Source of the DNA: an uncultured Candidatus Poseidoniales archaeon
Lineage (GTDB): Archaea; Thermoplasmatota; Poseidoniia; Poseidoniales; Thalassarchaeaceae
Length of the DNA: 57,226 bases
Direction of reading: 5' to 3'
Assembly (NCBI GenBank): GCA_964645485.1
Contig: CAZXZO010000010.1
Location: 1-57,226 of the forward strand
This document shows positions 39,201 through 49,615 of the stretch, piece after piece. The notes below the pieces were generated by a model. It saw only the letters and a list, made by a program, of their open reading frames with translations, was not told the DNA's origin and did no database searches. The number at the start of each line of letters is the position of its first letter. The first letter of the stretch is position 1. A program made the translations under genes and the position numbers.

Positions 39201-41075
39201 ATGGACGGAAGTAAGTTTCGAACGGCTTGTATTGTGACCGCATTGTTGACGCTGAGTATGATTTCAGCAATTCCAACAGCAGCGGCAGAAGGAAATGATT
39301 CAATATCTTGGGGTGTTGAATATGAATGGGAAAATCTGAATGCTGACATTGAGGCGATGACTGGATTGCCATATAATGACATTATTCAAGACATAGAAGA
39401 TTCAGCAGATTATGGTGGGTTTAACCTCACTATTTTGAATATTTACAGTGGTAGCACATCATTTTATGTTGAGCAGTGGGACGATTCTACCGAACAACAA
39501 ATCACAGATAACAGTGGAGATACTCACACTGTGTCAACCAGAGTTACAGAAATCACGCTACGTCATGGAATGTTGTATGATGCAGGATTTATGGTGGATT
39601 GGGATGATACTACTGTAATGGGTGCACCTTCAATGGATGTTGTACTTTCTGCCGATTATGAAACAATTGTTGTGATGGACTTAGTGTACACAGAATATGT
39701 GACTTCGGACATGATGTTGGTAGGTTCCGACCTCGATGGTTCTGCAAATTGGGGAATTGGAGCAGGAATGGGACTCTATACTGATATTTCGGGTAATGGT
39801 GACTCATTTGAGATGGACCTTAATGCTGGAATTGATTTGGGATGGGCTGCTGATTCCATTAGCAGTGAATGGCGTCTTGAACACCCTAGTAATGTTCTCA
39901 ACATGATGAATAATGGTAATGATTTTGACTGGGAATGTGAAGCAACTTGTGGTAAAATCACTGGTTCTTATGCAACTACACAATCATATGACCTTTCTCT
40001 CACTGGTCTACCAATGGATGAATTTGGATTTGAAGCAGATGCTTTAGATTTACAGATTTCAGATGCAATACCAGATGCAGGTACTTTTGATTCAGATGAC
40101 GATGACTGGATGATGGAAGATGGATTGAGTTTTGAAATGGGATATTCATTCGGTGACCAGCAAACAATAACAATTGATGACGGAGGTACTACCACTACTG
40201 CGACAGAAGTTATGATTGATCCGTATCCACCAGGGATGAGCCTAATGCTTGGCTATTCCTTAGGAAATGCAGTTAGGGGAAGTGGTGACCAAACCACTGC
40301 TGCTGAAGCAATGATGGAGGCGTTTGAAGGTTGGACTGAAGATGCTGAGGAAACTGTTGTGTTTGACACATTCACTTGTGATGATGGTGAAGAAATCCCT
40401 CGAGATTATGTAAATGATGGCGAAGATGATTGCGCTGACGGCTCTGATGAAGGTGTAGATGAAGAGGACTTAGTATCAGAATTGGAGGAATTAGCAATGA
40501 ATATTTATGGTGCTTTTGAAGAGTCTGACTTCGCCAAGAATTTGGAATCAGTTGGAGAGCGACTAGAGTTTGAGATGGAAAAATATGAAGATGTTGAATT
40601 TGAGTTCCCATATGTTGATGGCGATTATGCCGCTTTGTGGAGCAATGAACATTCACGATTTGTTGGGTTCCAACTTCTTGGAGAAACCGAGAGTGGTAAT
40701 GTGTACTCAGTTCTAGGACCTGAGACATCAGCCTACAACAATAATCCACCAGTTGACATTCATCTAGAATATTTGGTTGGTGCTGCTGCTGATGAAGCAG
40801 AGGATGCTGCTGAAACCGCTGACACAATCGAGGAATTGGCTCCAGTTGCTGCTCATGATGTTTCGGCAATCGTAGCCGCTCTAGGTGTACACGCGCCTGA
40901 GAGTATGATAGTTGAGCCGCCTGCTGATGAAGCAGAGGATGTTGCTGAAACCAGTGTGGAAGAATCAGAATCTGATGGTATGTTTGGATTACCAGGTCCT
41001 GGTTTCATCTCTGTAGTATTCGTAGTGATTGGAGCGGCAATGGTGGCAAGAATCATGCCGCGCCGTCAAGAATGA
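39201..41075 (+). CDS. Acidic cell-surface protein with an LDL-receptor class A-like motif and a PGF-type sorting tail
   Basis: Signal peptide; FTCDDGEEIPRDYVNDGEDDCADGSDE; C-terminus GLPGPGF + TM + basic PRRQE. Confidence 0.8.
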   Translation: MDGSKFRTACIVTALLTLSMISAIPTAAAEGNDSISWGVEYEWENLNADIEAMTGLPYNDIIQDIEDSADYGGFNLTILNIYSGSTSFYVEQWDDSTEQQITDNSGDTHTVSTRVTEITLRHGMLYDAGFMVDWDDTTVMGAPSMDVVLSADYETIVVMDLVYTEYVTSDMMLVGSDLDGSANWGIGAGMGLYTDISGNGDSFEMDLNAGIDLGWAADSISSEWRLEHPSNVLNMMNNGNDFDWECEATCGKITGSYATTQSYDLSLTGLPMDEFGFEADALDLQISDAIPDAGTFDSDDDDWMMEDGLSFEMGYSFGDQQTITIDDGGTTTTATEVMIDPYPPGMSLMLGYSLGNAVRGSGDQTTAAEAMMEAFEGWTEDAEETVVFDTFTCDDGEEIPRDYVNDGEDDCADGSDEGVDEEDLVSELEELAMNIYGAFEESDFAKNLESVGERLEFEMEKYEDVEFEFPYVDGDYAALWSNEHSRFVGFQLLGETESGNVYSVLGPETSAYNNNPPVDIHLEYLVGAAADEAEDAAETADTIEELAPVAAHDVSAIVAALGVHAPESMIVEPPADEAEDVAETSVEESESDGMFGLPGPGFISVVFVVIGAAMVARIMPRRQE

Positions 41076-41094
41076 ATTACCACGAGTGGAATCA

Positions 41095-41931
41095 ATGCGG
41101 AGTGAACATGTGCGCCAAGGCGTAGTAGCGGCAGCAGTAGCGCTGCTTGGGATGATCTTGGTTCAAGGGGTATGGTACGAAGTATCAGCCCGTGGTACCT
41201 ATGTAGAGGGCCTTAGCCGTGAACCAACTATTTGGGCAAATTATACCCTTGATTCACAACAAGAAAATATTGGCATTGAAATAACCAATGCTACACCGCT
41301 TATTTTTTATTTAAGCAGCCGGGAAAACATTGTTGTTGAAGAAAATAAGACTACTGAACCTAAAGTAGATGATACTAATAATTTAGATGATACTAGAAAT
41401 TTAGTTGAAAAAGCAGTTATTCTCACAGTCGCTTTTTTTGCCCTCGGAGCCTTTAGAAGATGGTTTTCGTGGCTGGGCTATGGTATGTGGGGATTTACCG
41501 CATTCCTGCTCATAGTAATGGTTCCAATGAGTCTGTTCGGGGGTTATTCTGATGATTCTGGGCCAGAGGCTAGAGGGGCACTAGAAACTGGAGATGAGGC
41601 AGAGGAGGGGCAATTCGCGCATTCAACATTTGACTCTACATTATCGCTTCATTCCACTGGGATAATTTTTGGTTTTGATTCCTCAGGATATGACCTTGGT
41701 TTGGTTAATGAATCACAAAGAGATGCTGTGAAGGAAAATCCGCCAAGTGAAGGGGATGATGGGGCTGAATCCTTCATTCGTTTTGCGGGCACGGTTGCAA
41801 TAAGTGTGGGTGATGGAATAATTACTTGGTTGGTTGCCCCCTCGATCCCATTACTTTTCCACTTCTTAGGATCTAAAAAAGAAGATTATGATGAAGCAAT
41901 CAAACTGTCCGAGATGGATGAGTCTGAGTAA
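41095..41931 (+). CDS. Hypothetical membrane protein
   Basis: About 280 aa with 4 hydrophobic segments. Probable ATG at 41095 avoids overlap with the upstream gene. Confidence 0.65.
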   Translation: MRSEHVRQGVVAAAVALLGMILVQGVWYEVSARGTYVEGLSREPTIWANYTLDSQQENIGIEITNATPLIFYLSSRENIVVEENKTTEPKVDDTNNLDDTRNLVEKAVILTVAFFALGAFRRWFSWLGYGMWGFTAFLLIVMVPMSLFGGYSDDSGPEARGALETGDEAEEGQFAHSTFDSTLSLHSTGIIFGFDSSGYDLGLVNESQRDAVKENPPSEGDDGAESFIRFAGTVAISVGDGIITWLVAPSIPLLFHFLGSKKEDYDEAIKLSEMDESE

Positions 41932-42028
41932 ATTTTCAAAACGAACTCTTTTTCAGACATCATTATAACAAAATAAATGATTATCTTCATTAGGACACTT
42001 TTTCATCTCATGTCGTATCGACGTAACT

Positions 42029-43405
42029 ATGACTCTTACAGACTCGGCTCTAGAGTACTGGGAAATTATAGACGCGATGGATTGGTGGATTCGATTAATA
42101 ATCGGTCTTTCTTGCTCAATTATTGCCGGTGCTGCAGTGCAAATGATTGCCAAAGGCCCTGTTGTCAAGTTGATATCAAAAAGCGACAATAAATACGATG
42201 ATACGATTTTTGACCTTGCAACCCCACTCATCAACGTAGGCGTTGTTTTGGGTGGCTTGTGGATCACTATTATGTGGGTATTTGAAAGTGATTCCTCAAA
42301 TAGTATGATGTTTGCTAAATTGATAGTAATAATTCTTGTCTACATGTTTGCTCGTTTTGCAGTTCAAATAGTTGAATTGTTCGTGCCAGTCTTAATCGAA
42401 AACCTGAATAAAAGGGCAGATATGGACCTTGGAGGGGTTGAATCATTAATTTTCTCTGGGATGAAAATTGCAATATGGGTTGGGGCAGCAATGGTTATTT
42501 TCGCCCAATTAAACATTGACATCACCGGTATACTTGCTTCAGCAACTATCATTTCTCTTGTTGTTGGAATGGCTCTGAAGGAGACTGCATCAAATTTAGT
42601 ATCGGGAATGATGATGGTCATGGACAAGCCATTTGAGGTTGGTGATAAAGTAACTGTGATGGGTGTGACAGGCAAGGTAGTTGATGTGGGAATAATGTCT
42701 ACAAAAATAAAAACTGGTCAAGAGCACCAGGTGGTTATTCCAAACAAGAGTATTAGCGGCAAAGAAGTGATCAATTTCGCCAAGGGCGGGCCCGAAGATT
42801 CTCCAAAAAGAGTAAATTTGCGGCTAGATATTGGAGTTGGGTACGATGAAGAACCAGCACACATCAAACAGATGTTACTTGATGTAGTTCGCGAATGTGA
42901 TTACATAATTGACGAGCCCGCGCCAACTGCACTTTTCCGTGATATGTTAGATTCAGCCTTGTTGTTCAGATTGAATTGCTGGGTGAGAGATTACTCAGAT
43001 GAATGGGTTGCTCGAGATTGGATTCTTACAAGAGTCCTTGAGAGGTGTATTGACGAAGATATTGATATTCCGTATCCACATATGCAGTTGAAGTATGACC
43101 CAGCATCAGTAGTTGAGGAGAAAGCCGCAAAGAATGCTGCAGAGGAAGAGAAGAAATCTGCTGAAAAGGAGAGAATCAAGGCTGAGGCACGGGTCAAAGA
43201 AGAGGCAGAGTCTACTGCTAGGATGAATGCACGTATGGAAATTCGCGCCCGAATTGAGGAATTGAATGCGGCCCTTGAGGAAGAAGATTCCGAAAGTTCA
43301 GAAGAATCTGAAGAGGACGTCAGTCAGAATCGTATTGATATTCTAGCCGAATTAGAAGAATTAGAAAGTAAACTTGAGGAAGCAAGCGGCGATGATGATG
43401 ATTGA
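42029..43405 (+). CDS. mscS: Small-conductance mechanosensitive channel with a charged C-terminal coil
   Basis: VGMALKETASNLVSG, KPFEVGDKV, GKVVDVGIMSTKI, IPNK, DIDIPYP. Confidence 0.93.
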   Translation: MTLTDSALEYWEIIDAMDWWIRLIIGLSCSIIAGAAVQMIAKGPVVKLISKSDNKYDDTIFDLATPLINVGVVLGGLWITIMWVFESDSSNSMMFAKLIVIILVYMFARFAVQIVELFVPVLIENLNKRADMDLGGVESLIFSGMKIAIWVGAAMVIFAQLNIDITGILASATIISLVVGMALKETASNLVSGMMMVMDKPFEVGDKVTVMGVTGKVVDVGIMSTKIKTGQEHQVVIPNKSISGKEVINFAKGGPEDSPKRVNLRLDIGVGYDEEPAHIKQMLLDVVRECDYIIDEPAPTALFRDMLDSALLFRLNCWVRDYSDEWVARDWILTRVLERCIDEDIDIPYPHMQLKYDPASVVEEKAAKNAAEEEKKSAEKERIKAEARVKEEAESTARMNARMEIRARIEELNAALEEEDSESSEESEEDVSQNRIDILAELEELESKLEEASGDDDD

Positions 43406-43418
43406 AATTATCCAATGA

Positions 43419-44306
43419 TTATTCAATCCAATGAGCCAGTTTGTCAACCAGCCTCTCACGGAAAGTGAGAAGTTGTAGTTTGGGACCATCAATTGTCACA
43501 GTTACTGTTGACCCTCGGGTGAAGTGCCATTCATCCCATCCGTCTGGGACACAAAATCCCCTATGCATATCCGAATTAATTACTGTGGGTTGATTTGTCC
43601 AGGCAAAGTAGGAACCATCTTCTCTTCTTTCATCACGAGGTAAATCTCGAGCACAGAATAAGTAATGGTCGTGAATCATTTCAGGGTCAAACTTCATTCC
43701 CTCTATCACACAAATATGACGGAACCATGCGCCCTGACCAACAAATGTAGAGAATAACAGGCCTGAAGAGCGTTGCATCAAATCCACTTTATCGTGGTTT
43801 TCGTCAGCATCCCGTTTGAGTCGATAGCGACTTGGTTGATACTGGTGAGTATTGGCGATTAGGAGGTCGTTAAGAGCGGGGTCACAAGTGATACGATTAC
43901 CGCTGGTAGTGACAATTTCTGCGGATAATCTCGGTAGTAAATTGACTATGGCATCACCATCCAATGCAGTGCGTAAATCACTAGCAAAAGTTGTTGAATC
44001 ACTACCCATGAAGAATCCAAATGAACCATTGGGGTCATCATCCATTGGATGGCTGTTAACTCCCAATATTTGGGTGTCAGCATCAACATTATGAGCAATT
44101 GAGGTCAAAGTTCCGTCTCCGCCTACAACAATAACTAGGTCGCGGCCAACGAAATCAGATCTCTTCACTGCTTCTCTTGGCACTAGTTCGTAAGATGTGC
44201 CACGTTCTTCATTCAAACCGTCCAAATCGCTTTTCAGTGATGCGATTGACAGGTCGTGGACCTCTTCAAAATTCTTTTTGTAAACAACTAGAATGTCGGC
44301 GCCCAT
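43419..44306 (-). CDS. nadK: ATP-NAD kinase family protein
   Basis: VVGGDGT, ILGVN, ALND, SSGLLFSTFVGQGAW. Confidence 0.8.
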   Translation of the reverse strand: MGADILVVYKKNFEEVHDLSIASLKSDLDGLNEERGTSYELVPREAVKRSDFVGRDLVIVVGGDGTLTSIAHNVDADTQILGVNSHPMDDDPNGSFGFFMGSDSTTFASDLRTALDGDAIVNLLPRLSAEIVTTSGNRITCDPALNDLLIANTHQYQPSRYRLKRDADENHDKVDLMQRSSGLLFSTFVGQGAWFRHICVIEGMKFDPEMIHDHYLFCARDLPRDERREDGSYFAWTNQPTVINSDMHRGFCVPDGWDEWHFTRGSTVTVTIDGPKLQLLTFRERLVDKLAHWIE

Positions 44307-44407
44307 ACCTTACACCCCCTTCGTGCTTCGCTTGGCCGGTGGCTCTCTTGTCTTTAGAGGCGTTGTAGGCTAAAGTATGAAAAAGGTGGACTTTCCCGTT
44401 TAAATTC

Positions 44408-45727
44408 ATGAAGAGAGTGTTAATGCTAATTGTCGCAGCCAATCTTCTTTTTGCTGGGTGCATTTTTGATTCTCAGCGAATAGATGATGGTGGAATCGTA
44501 ATTGATGGCGGAGGAAGCGATGCTTCTGCAATGTCTGGTGAACAGGTATCAGCGTATCTTAGCGATGAAACGAACATGAATATTACCGCAATAGCAGAAG
44601 CAGAAGATAAAATTACCATCGAACTGTATTCAAAGGATTTGGAAGAAGGCGAATTGTTGGAAATGACATTTACAATAGGTAAGGATGATATTTCTCAATT
44701 ATCAAATACGGGCCTAGCAATTCAATCAGGAATGATGGCTCTTGAATACAGAGTGATTCAAGGTGCTTCAACAGATGTCAACATTATGGTAGGAAATCAG
44801 TGGTTTCATGCACGTGATATGGTGCCAGAATACATCGACCCATTTGTTGAGTTAGCAACTGAGGAAAATGATGAGGCTGATGATGAAGATGGAAGTGATG
44901 ATGGCCTAGGTGATTTAACCCCTGATTTTGGTGTATTAGATATGGACTTATCAGACATGACTTGGACTGTAACAGTGGATGTTCCATCTACTCAACAGGT
45001 AGCAACATCCTCTAATGATACTCACAGTTTTATGGTTGAATTCCTTGAATTTCCCCCACGCTTGCATCAATTAGAGGTGAATTCTCACGACGGCAATCAA
45101 GCGATGAAATTGTCAATTGATTGGGGAGATGATGCGGCATTAACTGTGCAGGATACCTATCCAAAGACATCAGTGGATATCCAATTAGATGAAGAAACTG
45201 AAAGAGGCGAAATTGAGGGAGAGTTCACCTGTGAAAATGGTAACACTATCCCTTGGAGTTGGGTCAATGACAATTGGGATGATTGTGGTGATAATAGTGA
45301 TGAAGGAGTTGAGGAATCAGAAATTCCAGATTCCGTTTTCGAATTTTCAGGTGAAGTCAACAGTGACCATGAGCATGAAGTCCTAGTAGGTGACATTGAA
45401 TTGAGGATTGGCTCAGAAGATAGTGAAACAGAAGAGTTCAATTATTCACTTTCAATGAATTTGGACACTGGACCAGTAAACTTGACCGATGAAGATGGTT
45501 CTTGGTGGGCCATAGAGTGGCAAGATTCTGACGCAGATGGTTTTGTTTCTGCGGGCGATGAGTACTCAGTTCGGACTAACAGTACAAGCGCCTCAGACCT
45601 TGAGGTTCGGTTCTATGACAATTGGTCAGAAAGTTACGAGGGGGGGCCATTACCTGGGTTTGAAGTACTCCTATTACTGGGTGCTTTGGTGCTCGCTTCG
45701 CTGCGAAGAAATGCCTTAGTTATTTGA
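44408..45727 (+). CDS. Acidic surface protein with a lipobox, an LDL-A-like motif and PGF-CTERM
   Basis: LLFAGC lipobox; FTCENGNTIPWSWVNDNWDDCGDNSDE; LPGFEVLLLLGALVLASLRR. Confidence 0.8.
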   Translation: MKRVLMLIVAANLLFAGCIFDSQRIDDGGIVIDGGGSDASAMSGEQVSAYLSDETNMNITAIAEAEDKITIELYSKDLEEGELLEMTFTIGKDDISQLSNTGLAIQSGMMALEYRVIQGASTDVNIMVGNQWFHARDMVPEYIDPFVELATEENDEADDEDGSDDGLGDLTPDFGVLDMDLSDMTWTVTVDVPSTQQVATSSNDTHSFMVEFLEFPPRLHQLEVNSHDGNQAMKLSIDWGDDAALTVQDTYPKTSVDIQLDEETERGEIEGEFTCENGNTIPWSWVNDNWDDCGDNSDEGVEESEIPDSVFEFSGEVNSDHEHEVLVGDIELRIGSEDSETEEFNYSLSMNLDTGPVNLTDEDGSWWAIEWQDSDADGFVSAGDEYSVRTNSTSASDLEVRFYDNWSESYEGGPLPGFEVLLLLGALVLASLRRNALVI

Positions 45728-46528
45728 GCCGGTTAATCCATTTGTTATTGCAGACAATGTAAGAACTGTTACTGATGCAACAACTAGCCATGAAAAAATA
45801 ATGAACATTGCTGGTGTGTCTTGTATTGCAGGCAACAATAAGACAATCGATGTAGCCACACCTACTCCGGTAGTTGCTTGTAATCTAAATGAAAGAGGTA
45901 ATTTTTCAAATGAGCCAACTCTTGAAAGTTGAGATATCACAACATATCCCCAAATCATTGCTCCTATTATCCAAATAAATGGTTCAAGGGGGTAATTTTG
46001 AATGAATAGGTCGTTTTTAACTGAATAACTGGATAATAAACTCAAACTGAAAGCCCATATTACTGCAAATCCAATAAGGCTGTATGTTTGTCTTAAGGTC
46101 GCAACGAATCCAATGTTTTCAGGTGGAATGTTATTTTCAAGTGGTTGTTCCAAATCTGAAACAAGGTTATCTGTGAAATGACTCATTTCATCTATTAGTG
46201 ACTCTTGTTCTTTTTGTTTAATTTCTAGAGTCGCTATGCGGTGCCGCATTAATTCTACATCGTCATGATTGAGATTCTCAATTTCTTCATCTTCAGCTAA
46301 TAATAAATCAACTTCTTTAGCCATCTTATCTAACATCTTCTTTTTACGCCGCTCGGCCATGGAATCTTTTGCTTGAGTTGCTGCTTGTTTCGAAGCATCA
46401 GACAACTGTTTTGTAGCACCTGCAATTGAGGAACCCATTTCTTTAGTCAGTATCATTCCACGTTCTGTTAGATTAGCCCATTTTTCTTTCAGAGAAATTT
46501 GCTCTCCAGTGTCCAATCCCTCTGACAT
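45716..46528 (-). CDS. Hypothetical protein: N-terminal coiled coil plus 4 TM helices
   Basis: 270-aa ORF with a charged helical N-half and a hydrophobic C-half. Confidence 0.7.
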   Translation of the reverse strand: MSEGLDTGEQISLKEKWANLTERGMILTKEMGSSIAGATKQLSDASKQAATQAKDSMAERRKKKMLDKMAKEVDLLLAEDEEIENLNHDDVELMRHRIATLEIKQKEQESLIDEMSHFTDNLVSDLEQPLENNIPPENIGFVATLRQTYSLIGFAVIWAFSLSLLSSYSVKNDLFIQNYPLEPFIWIIGAMIWGYVVISQLSRVGSFEKLPLSFRLQATTGVGVATSIVLLLPAIQDTPAMFIIFSWLVVASVTVLTLSAITNGLTGSNN

Positions 46529-46617
46529 AGCCTTACGCAGTTTTCCAAATAGTATGAAGGTGATGGCGAATTGTTACGCCGTTTTTGGGCCAATCAATTG
46601 TTGCCAAAAGCAAATTT

Positions 46618-46923
46618 TCACTTTTTTAAGAACAATTCCTTTGCTTCAGTGCAGTGTTTTATCCAGGTTTCACTATTCTTCGCAAGGATTAGCACTTGTT
46701 TTTCCATGATTGCCCCATTTGTTAAGACGTGAGGCTCACCTTCCCCACTCTTGACCAACTCTTGCACCCTCTCTTTTGGCATTGTGAGAACAAGGTCACC
46801 CTTCGAAAACATAGCAAACATCTTCTTCCCGACTTTCATGCCTTGGGCCCCTTTTCCTTTATTCACAATCACATCTGGGACATTCTCAAAGTGCTCCTTA
46901 ACTTCTGCATAAACATCTGTCAT
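46618..46923 (-). CDS. Small TfoX-N/MmcQ-like protein
   Basis: GMKVGKKMFAMF...LVLTMPKERVQELVKSGEGEP resembles the bacterial G.KV.GK.FAM...L.VKLP.ERV.ELV..G.G family. Confidence 0.5.
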   Translation of the reverse strand: MTDVYAEVKEHFENVPDVIVNKGKGAQGMKVGKKMFAMFSKGDLVLTMPKERVQELVKSGEGEPHVLTNGAIMEKQVLILAKNSETWIKHCTEAKELFLKK

Positions 46924-47176
46924 GCCACTCGCAGTTTTGTTAATTGTATGAACGTAATGGCAATTTGTACAGAATTTGTTTTGGAAATTTACTCGGTATC
47001 ATCGCTTCATGTCTTAGATGAAATGCGACAACAATTCACAATCGTTCTTCCTAGTTTTTTGATTGACGAGTTTTTCTGATGAGAATTGGCCTAAGTGAAC
47101 GTAGTATTCATCTGTAATCCATTATCAAATTGATAAAATAAAAATTTTTAAATAACATGGTCGCGATTAACTTTTC

Positions 47177-48142
47177 ATGAAGATACAGTTTTTTTTTGCT
47201 ATTGTGATTTTGATTAGCAGTATTCCAATGCTTTCATCTGCGGAGGGTTCGGATGTTGTATCTACGCGGACTTTTCAAGGTACGATATTCAACGAATTTG
47301 GGCCCGTAGCTTTTGCAGAAATAGAGGTTGAAAATGTTGACAGGCAAACAGTTACTCAAGTCACGTCAGATGCTTTTGGTGCTTATTCTGAAGAAATCAG
47401 TTCCGCTGACAATGACATGATCATTATTAGAGGAACTTGGATAAATGAAACCGGTAAAAGATTTTCTTCGACGGATTGTAGATTGACCCCCCCAGGTTCC
47501 CAACAATATGTTAATCTGCTTCTTACCTCTAATCCGATGGAATATGCAACTGTTGAATGGCGAAATCAAGGGGGCGGTCCCTTAGATTATACTGTACATG
47601 CTTATGTTGAAGACGGACTTGCCAAATCACAACCTTCAGAACAAATCCTTCGAATATCAGACGTAAATGAAGATGCAATCATTAGATTACACTGGGATGG
47701 ATATGATGAACAGGCTATAGAGTGTCAAAGGAAATTAGTTCTTGAATATTCAGTGAGATTGGCCGTTCAAAAGGTACCAGAGCAGTGGGTCATTTATGAC
47801 GTATTTGACAATATTTCATACCCTGACCCGGATTATCCACTAATAAATTCAACCTTTTGTTCTGACCCACCGCCTCCGCCTACTCCACCTAAGAAGGTGA
47901 AGAAGGATCCCGATATTGATGTTAGAATTCCTGCTCCAGGGGAGTACATCATTGAACAGTATCATATCATTGCAGAAGTCAGTTTGACTATGCATTACAT
48001 GAAAATGATGGTTGATGGGAACTGGAATATTACTGGGTGGGAAACAATCGAATCAGAGATTTTTTATGCCAAGGACCCTGATTGCGGAAGTGAGACATGT
48101 AGTAATTTGCTGACGATAATTTGGGGGGATCCACCCATCTGA
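47177..48142 (+). CDS. Secreted orphan protein (Ig/transthyretin-like N-terminal domain, Pro-rich linker)
   Basis: 321 aa; signal peptide; G...GPVAFAEIEV...VTSDAFGAY pattern; PPPPPTPPKK. Confidence 0.65.
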   Translation: MKIQFFFAIVILISSIPMLSSAEGSDVVSTRTFQGTIFNEFGPVAFAEIEVENVDRQTVTQVTSDAFGAYSEEISSADNDMIIIRGTWINETGKRFSSTDCRLTPPGSQQYVNLLLTSNPMEYATVEWRNQGGGPLDYTVHAYVEDGLAKSQPSEQILRISDVNEDAIIRLHWDGYDEQAIECQRKLVLEYSVRLAVQKVPEQWVIYDVFDNISYPDPDYPLINSTFCSDPPPPPTPPKKVKKDPDIDVRIPAPGEYIIEQYHIIAEVSLTMHYMKMMVDGNWNITGWETIESEIFYAKDPDCGSETCSNLLTIIWGDPPI

Positions 48143-48159
48143 TTGTGTAGGTTTTTTTT

Positions 48160-49533
48160 ATGCAAAATCAACTTCCACAAGCACTATTGTTGAGTTCAAT
48201 TTTGTTGATATCAGGATGCCTCGGAATAGTTGAAAGTGATGGGGCAGGAGACCATTCTTTTGTGATTCAAGAAGAATATATTTTCATTAATAGTGATGGG
48301 AACAATTCTGTAAAATTCCTTGAATCCTCAAACTCAGAACAAATTGTGCTAGCGGGAGAACTGTGCATTGATGTTGATAAGGAATGTGAAGTGAATGTGT
48401 CAGATATTGAAACATTCTCATCTAATTTTCACGAGAATTGGTTCGTGGCAGGGGCCGAATCTAAACAGATGAAGATATCTTGGTTCAATCATCTAAGTAG
48501 TGATAGTTTAATGAAATTAACAGGCATTGCGACTTCTCAAGAAGAAATTCTACTATCTGGTTGGTTTTATTCAAATTTATATCTAGATTCAAATATTATT
48601 GCTACAGGAAATTATCTGAAACAGAGTTTTATCCTTCATTTTTCAATAGATGGAAACATTGAATATATTGATACGGAATTTCCTCAAAATTTTGAAATCC
48701 AAGGCATTCATTTTGGAAATGATGACTTATTGAAGATGTTCGGACGTTGGCATTCTATTGGCGGTACAAATAATTCATCAACCCCACAAAGTTATGCTTC
48801 ATTGTATAGGATGTCTAGTGTCGGCAATTGGACTGAATTATTTTCCATTGAGTCGGATGAGAGGCCTAGATTTAGTACCTTTTCTTACAATAAAGAATAT
48901 AGTTGGTATACAATTTTCCCGTGCCAAAATTTTGGACCTTGTTCTACATCTTTAGATGGGGTGGGACTGGATATTCCGAAGTATGGGGAAACTGTCATTC
49001 ATATTTTATTGAAAGATGAACTATTGGTTAATTTATCACTCGTCACAAGTAGTTATAGTCAAGGCACATTCTTCCATTTGTTTAATGACAATCAAAATGG
49101 AACTGGGACATTATTTGGTTGGATTGGCCCAAGTTCAATAGTAGGTGGAATGGAATTGCCATTTTCAACTCAAGCGATATCTCATGATGAATTTGCAACT
49201 TTTTCAAATCCAACCGTTATTGCAGATCATTTGATTTCAGATGTTATAATCATAGATGGTGTAATGTACTATTCATCTCAAATCACAACCAATGGAATTC
49301 CTGTTGCTAATCAGTTTGTTGCAACTGTTGATGATTCAAAAATTAGTGTCTTGGAAATTAATGGTGTAGATACTGTAGTAATTAATGCAATTTTTTATGA
49401 AAATGATGCCTTATTTGTTTCAGCTAGTATCTGTCATCAACTGTCCCAACGATGTGAATTGAAGAAACCGTTGATGCAACAACCCATGCCATTACTCGGC
49501 AATTCAGCGATTATTTTCAAGTACTCTCGTTGA
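48160..49533 (+). CDS. Orphan lipoprotein-like secreted protein, beta-rich
   Basis: 457 aa; LLISGC lipobox; AT-rich codons. Confidence 0.65.
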   Translation: MQNQLPQALLLSSILLISGCLGIVESDGAGDHSFVIQEEYIFINSDGNNSVKFLESSNSEQIVLAGELCIDVDKECEVNVSDIETFSSNFHENWFVAGAESKQMKISWFNHLSSDSLMKLTGIATSQEEILLSGWFYSNLYLDSNIIATGNYLKQSFILHFSIDGNIEYIDTEFPQNFEIQGIHFGNDDLLKMFGRWHSIGGTNNSSTPQSYASLYRMSSVGNWTELFSIESDERPRFSTFSYNKEYSWYTIFPCQNFGPCSTSLDGVGLDIPKYGETVIHILLKDELLVNLSLVTSSYSQGTFFHLFNDNQNGTGTLFGWIGPSSIVGGMELPFSTQAISHDEFATFSNPTVIADHLISDVIIIDGVMYYSSQITTNGIPVANQFVATVDDSKISVLEINGVDTVVINAIFYENDALFVSASICHQLSQRCELKKPLMQQPMPLLGNSAIIFKYSR

Positions 49534-49615
49534 TTTTTCATGGGAATCGCTGATACATTGAAGATGTATGGCTTAAACACATCAATTGTTGAGAATTGAC
49601 TTTGGAGGATGAGAT

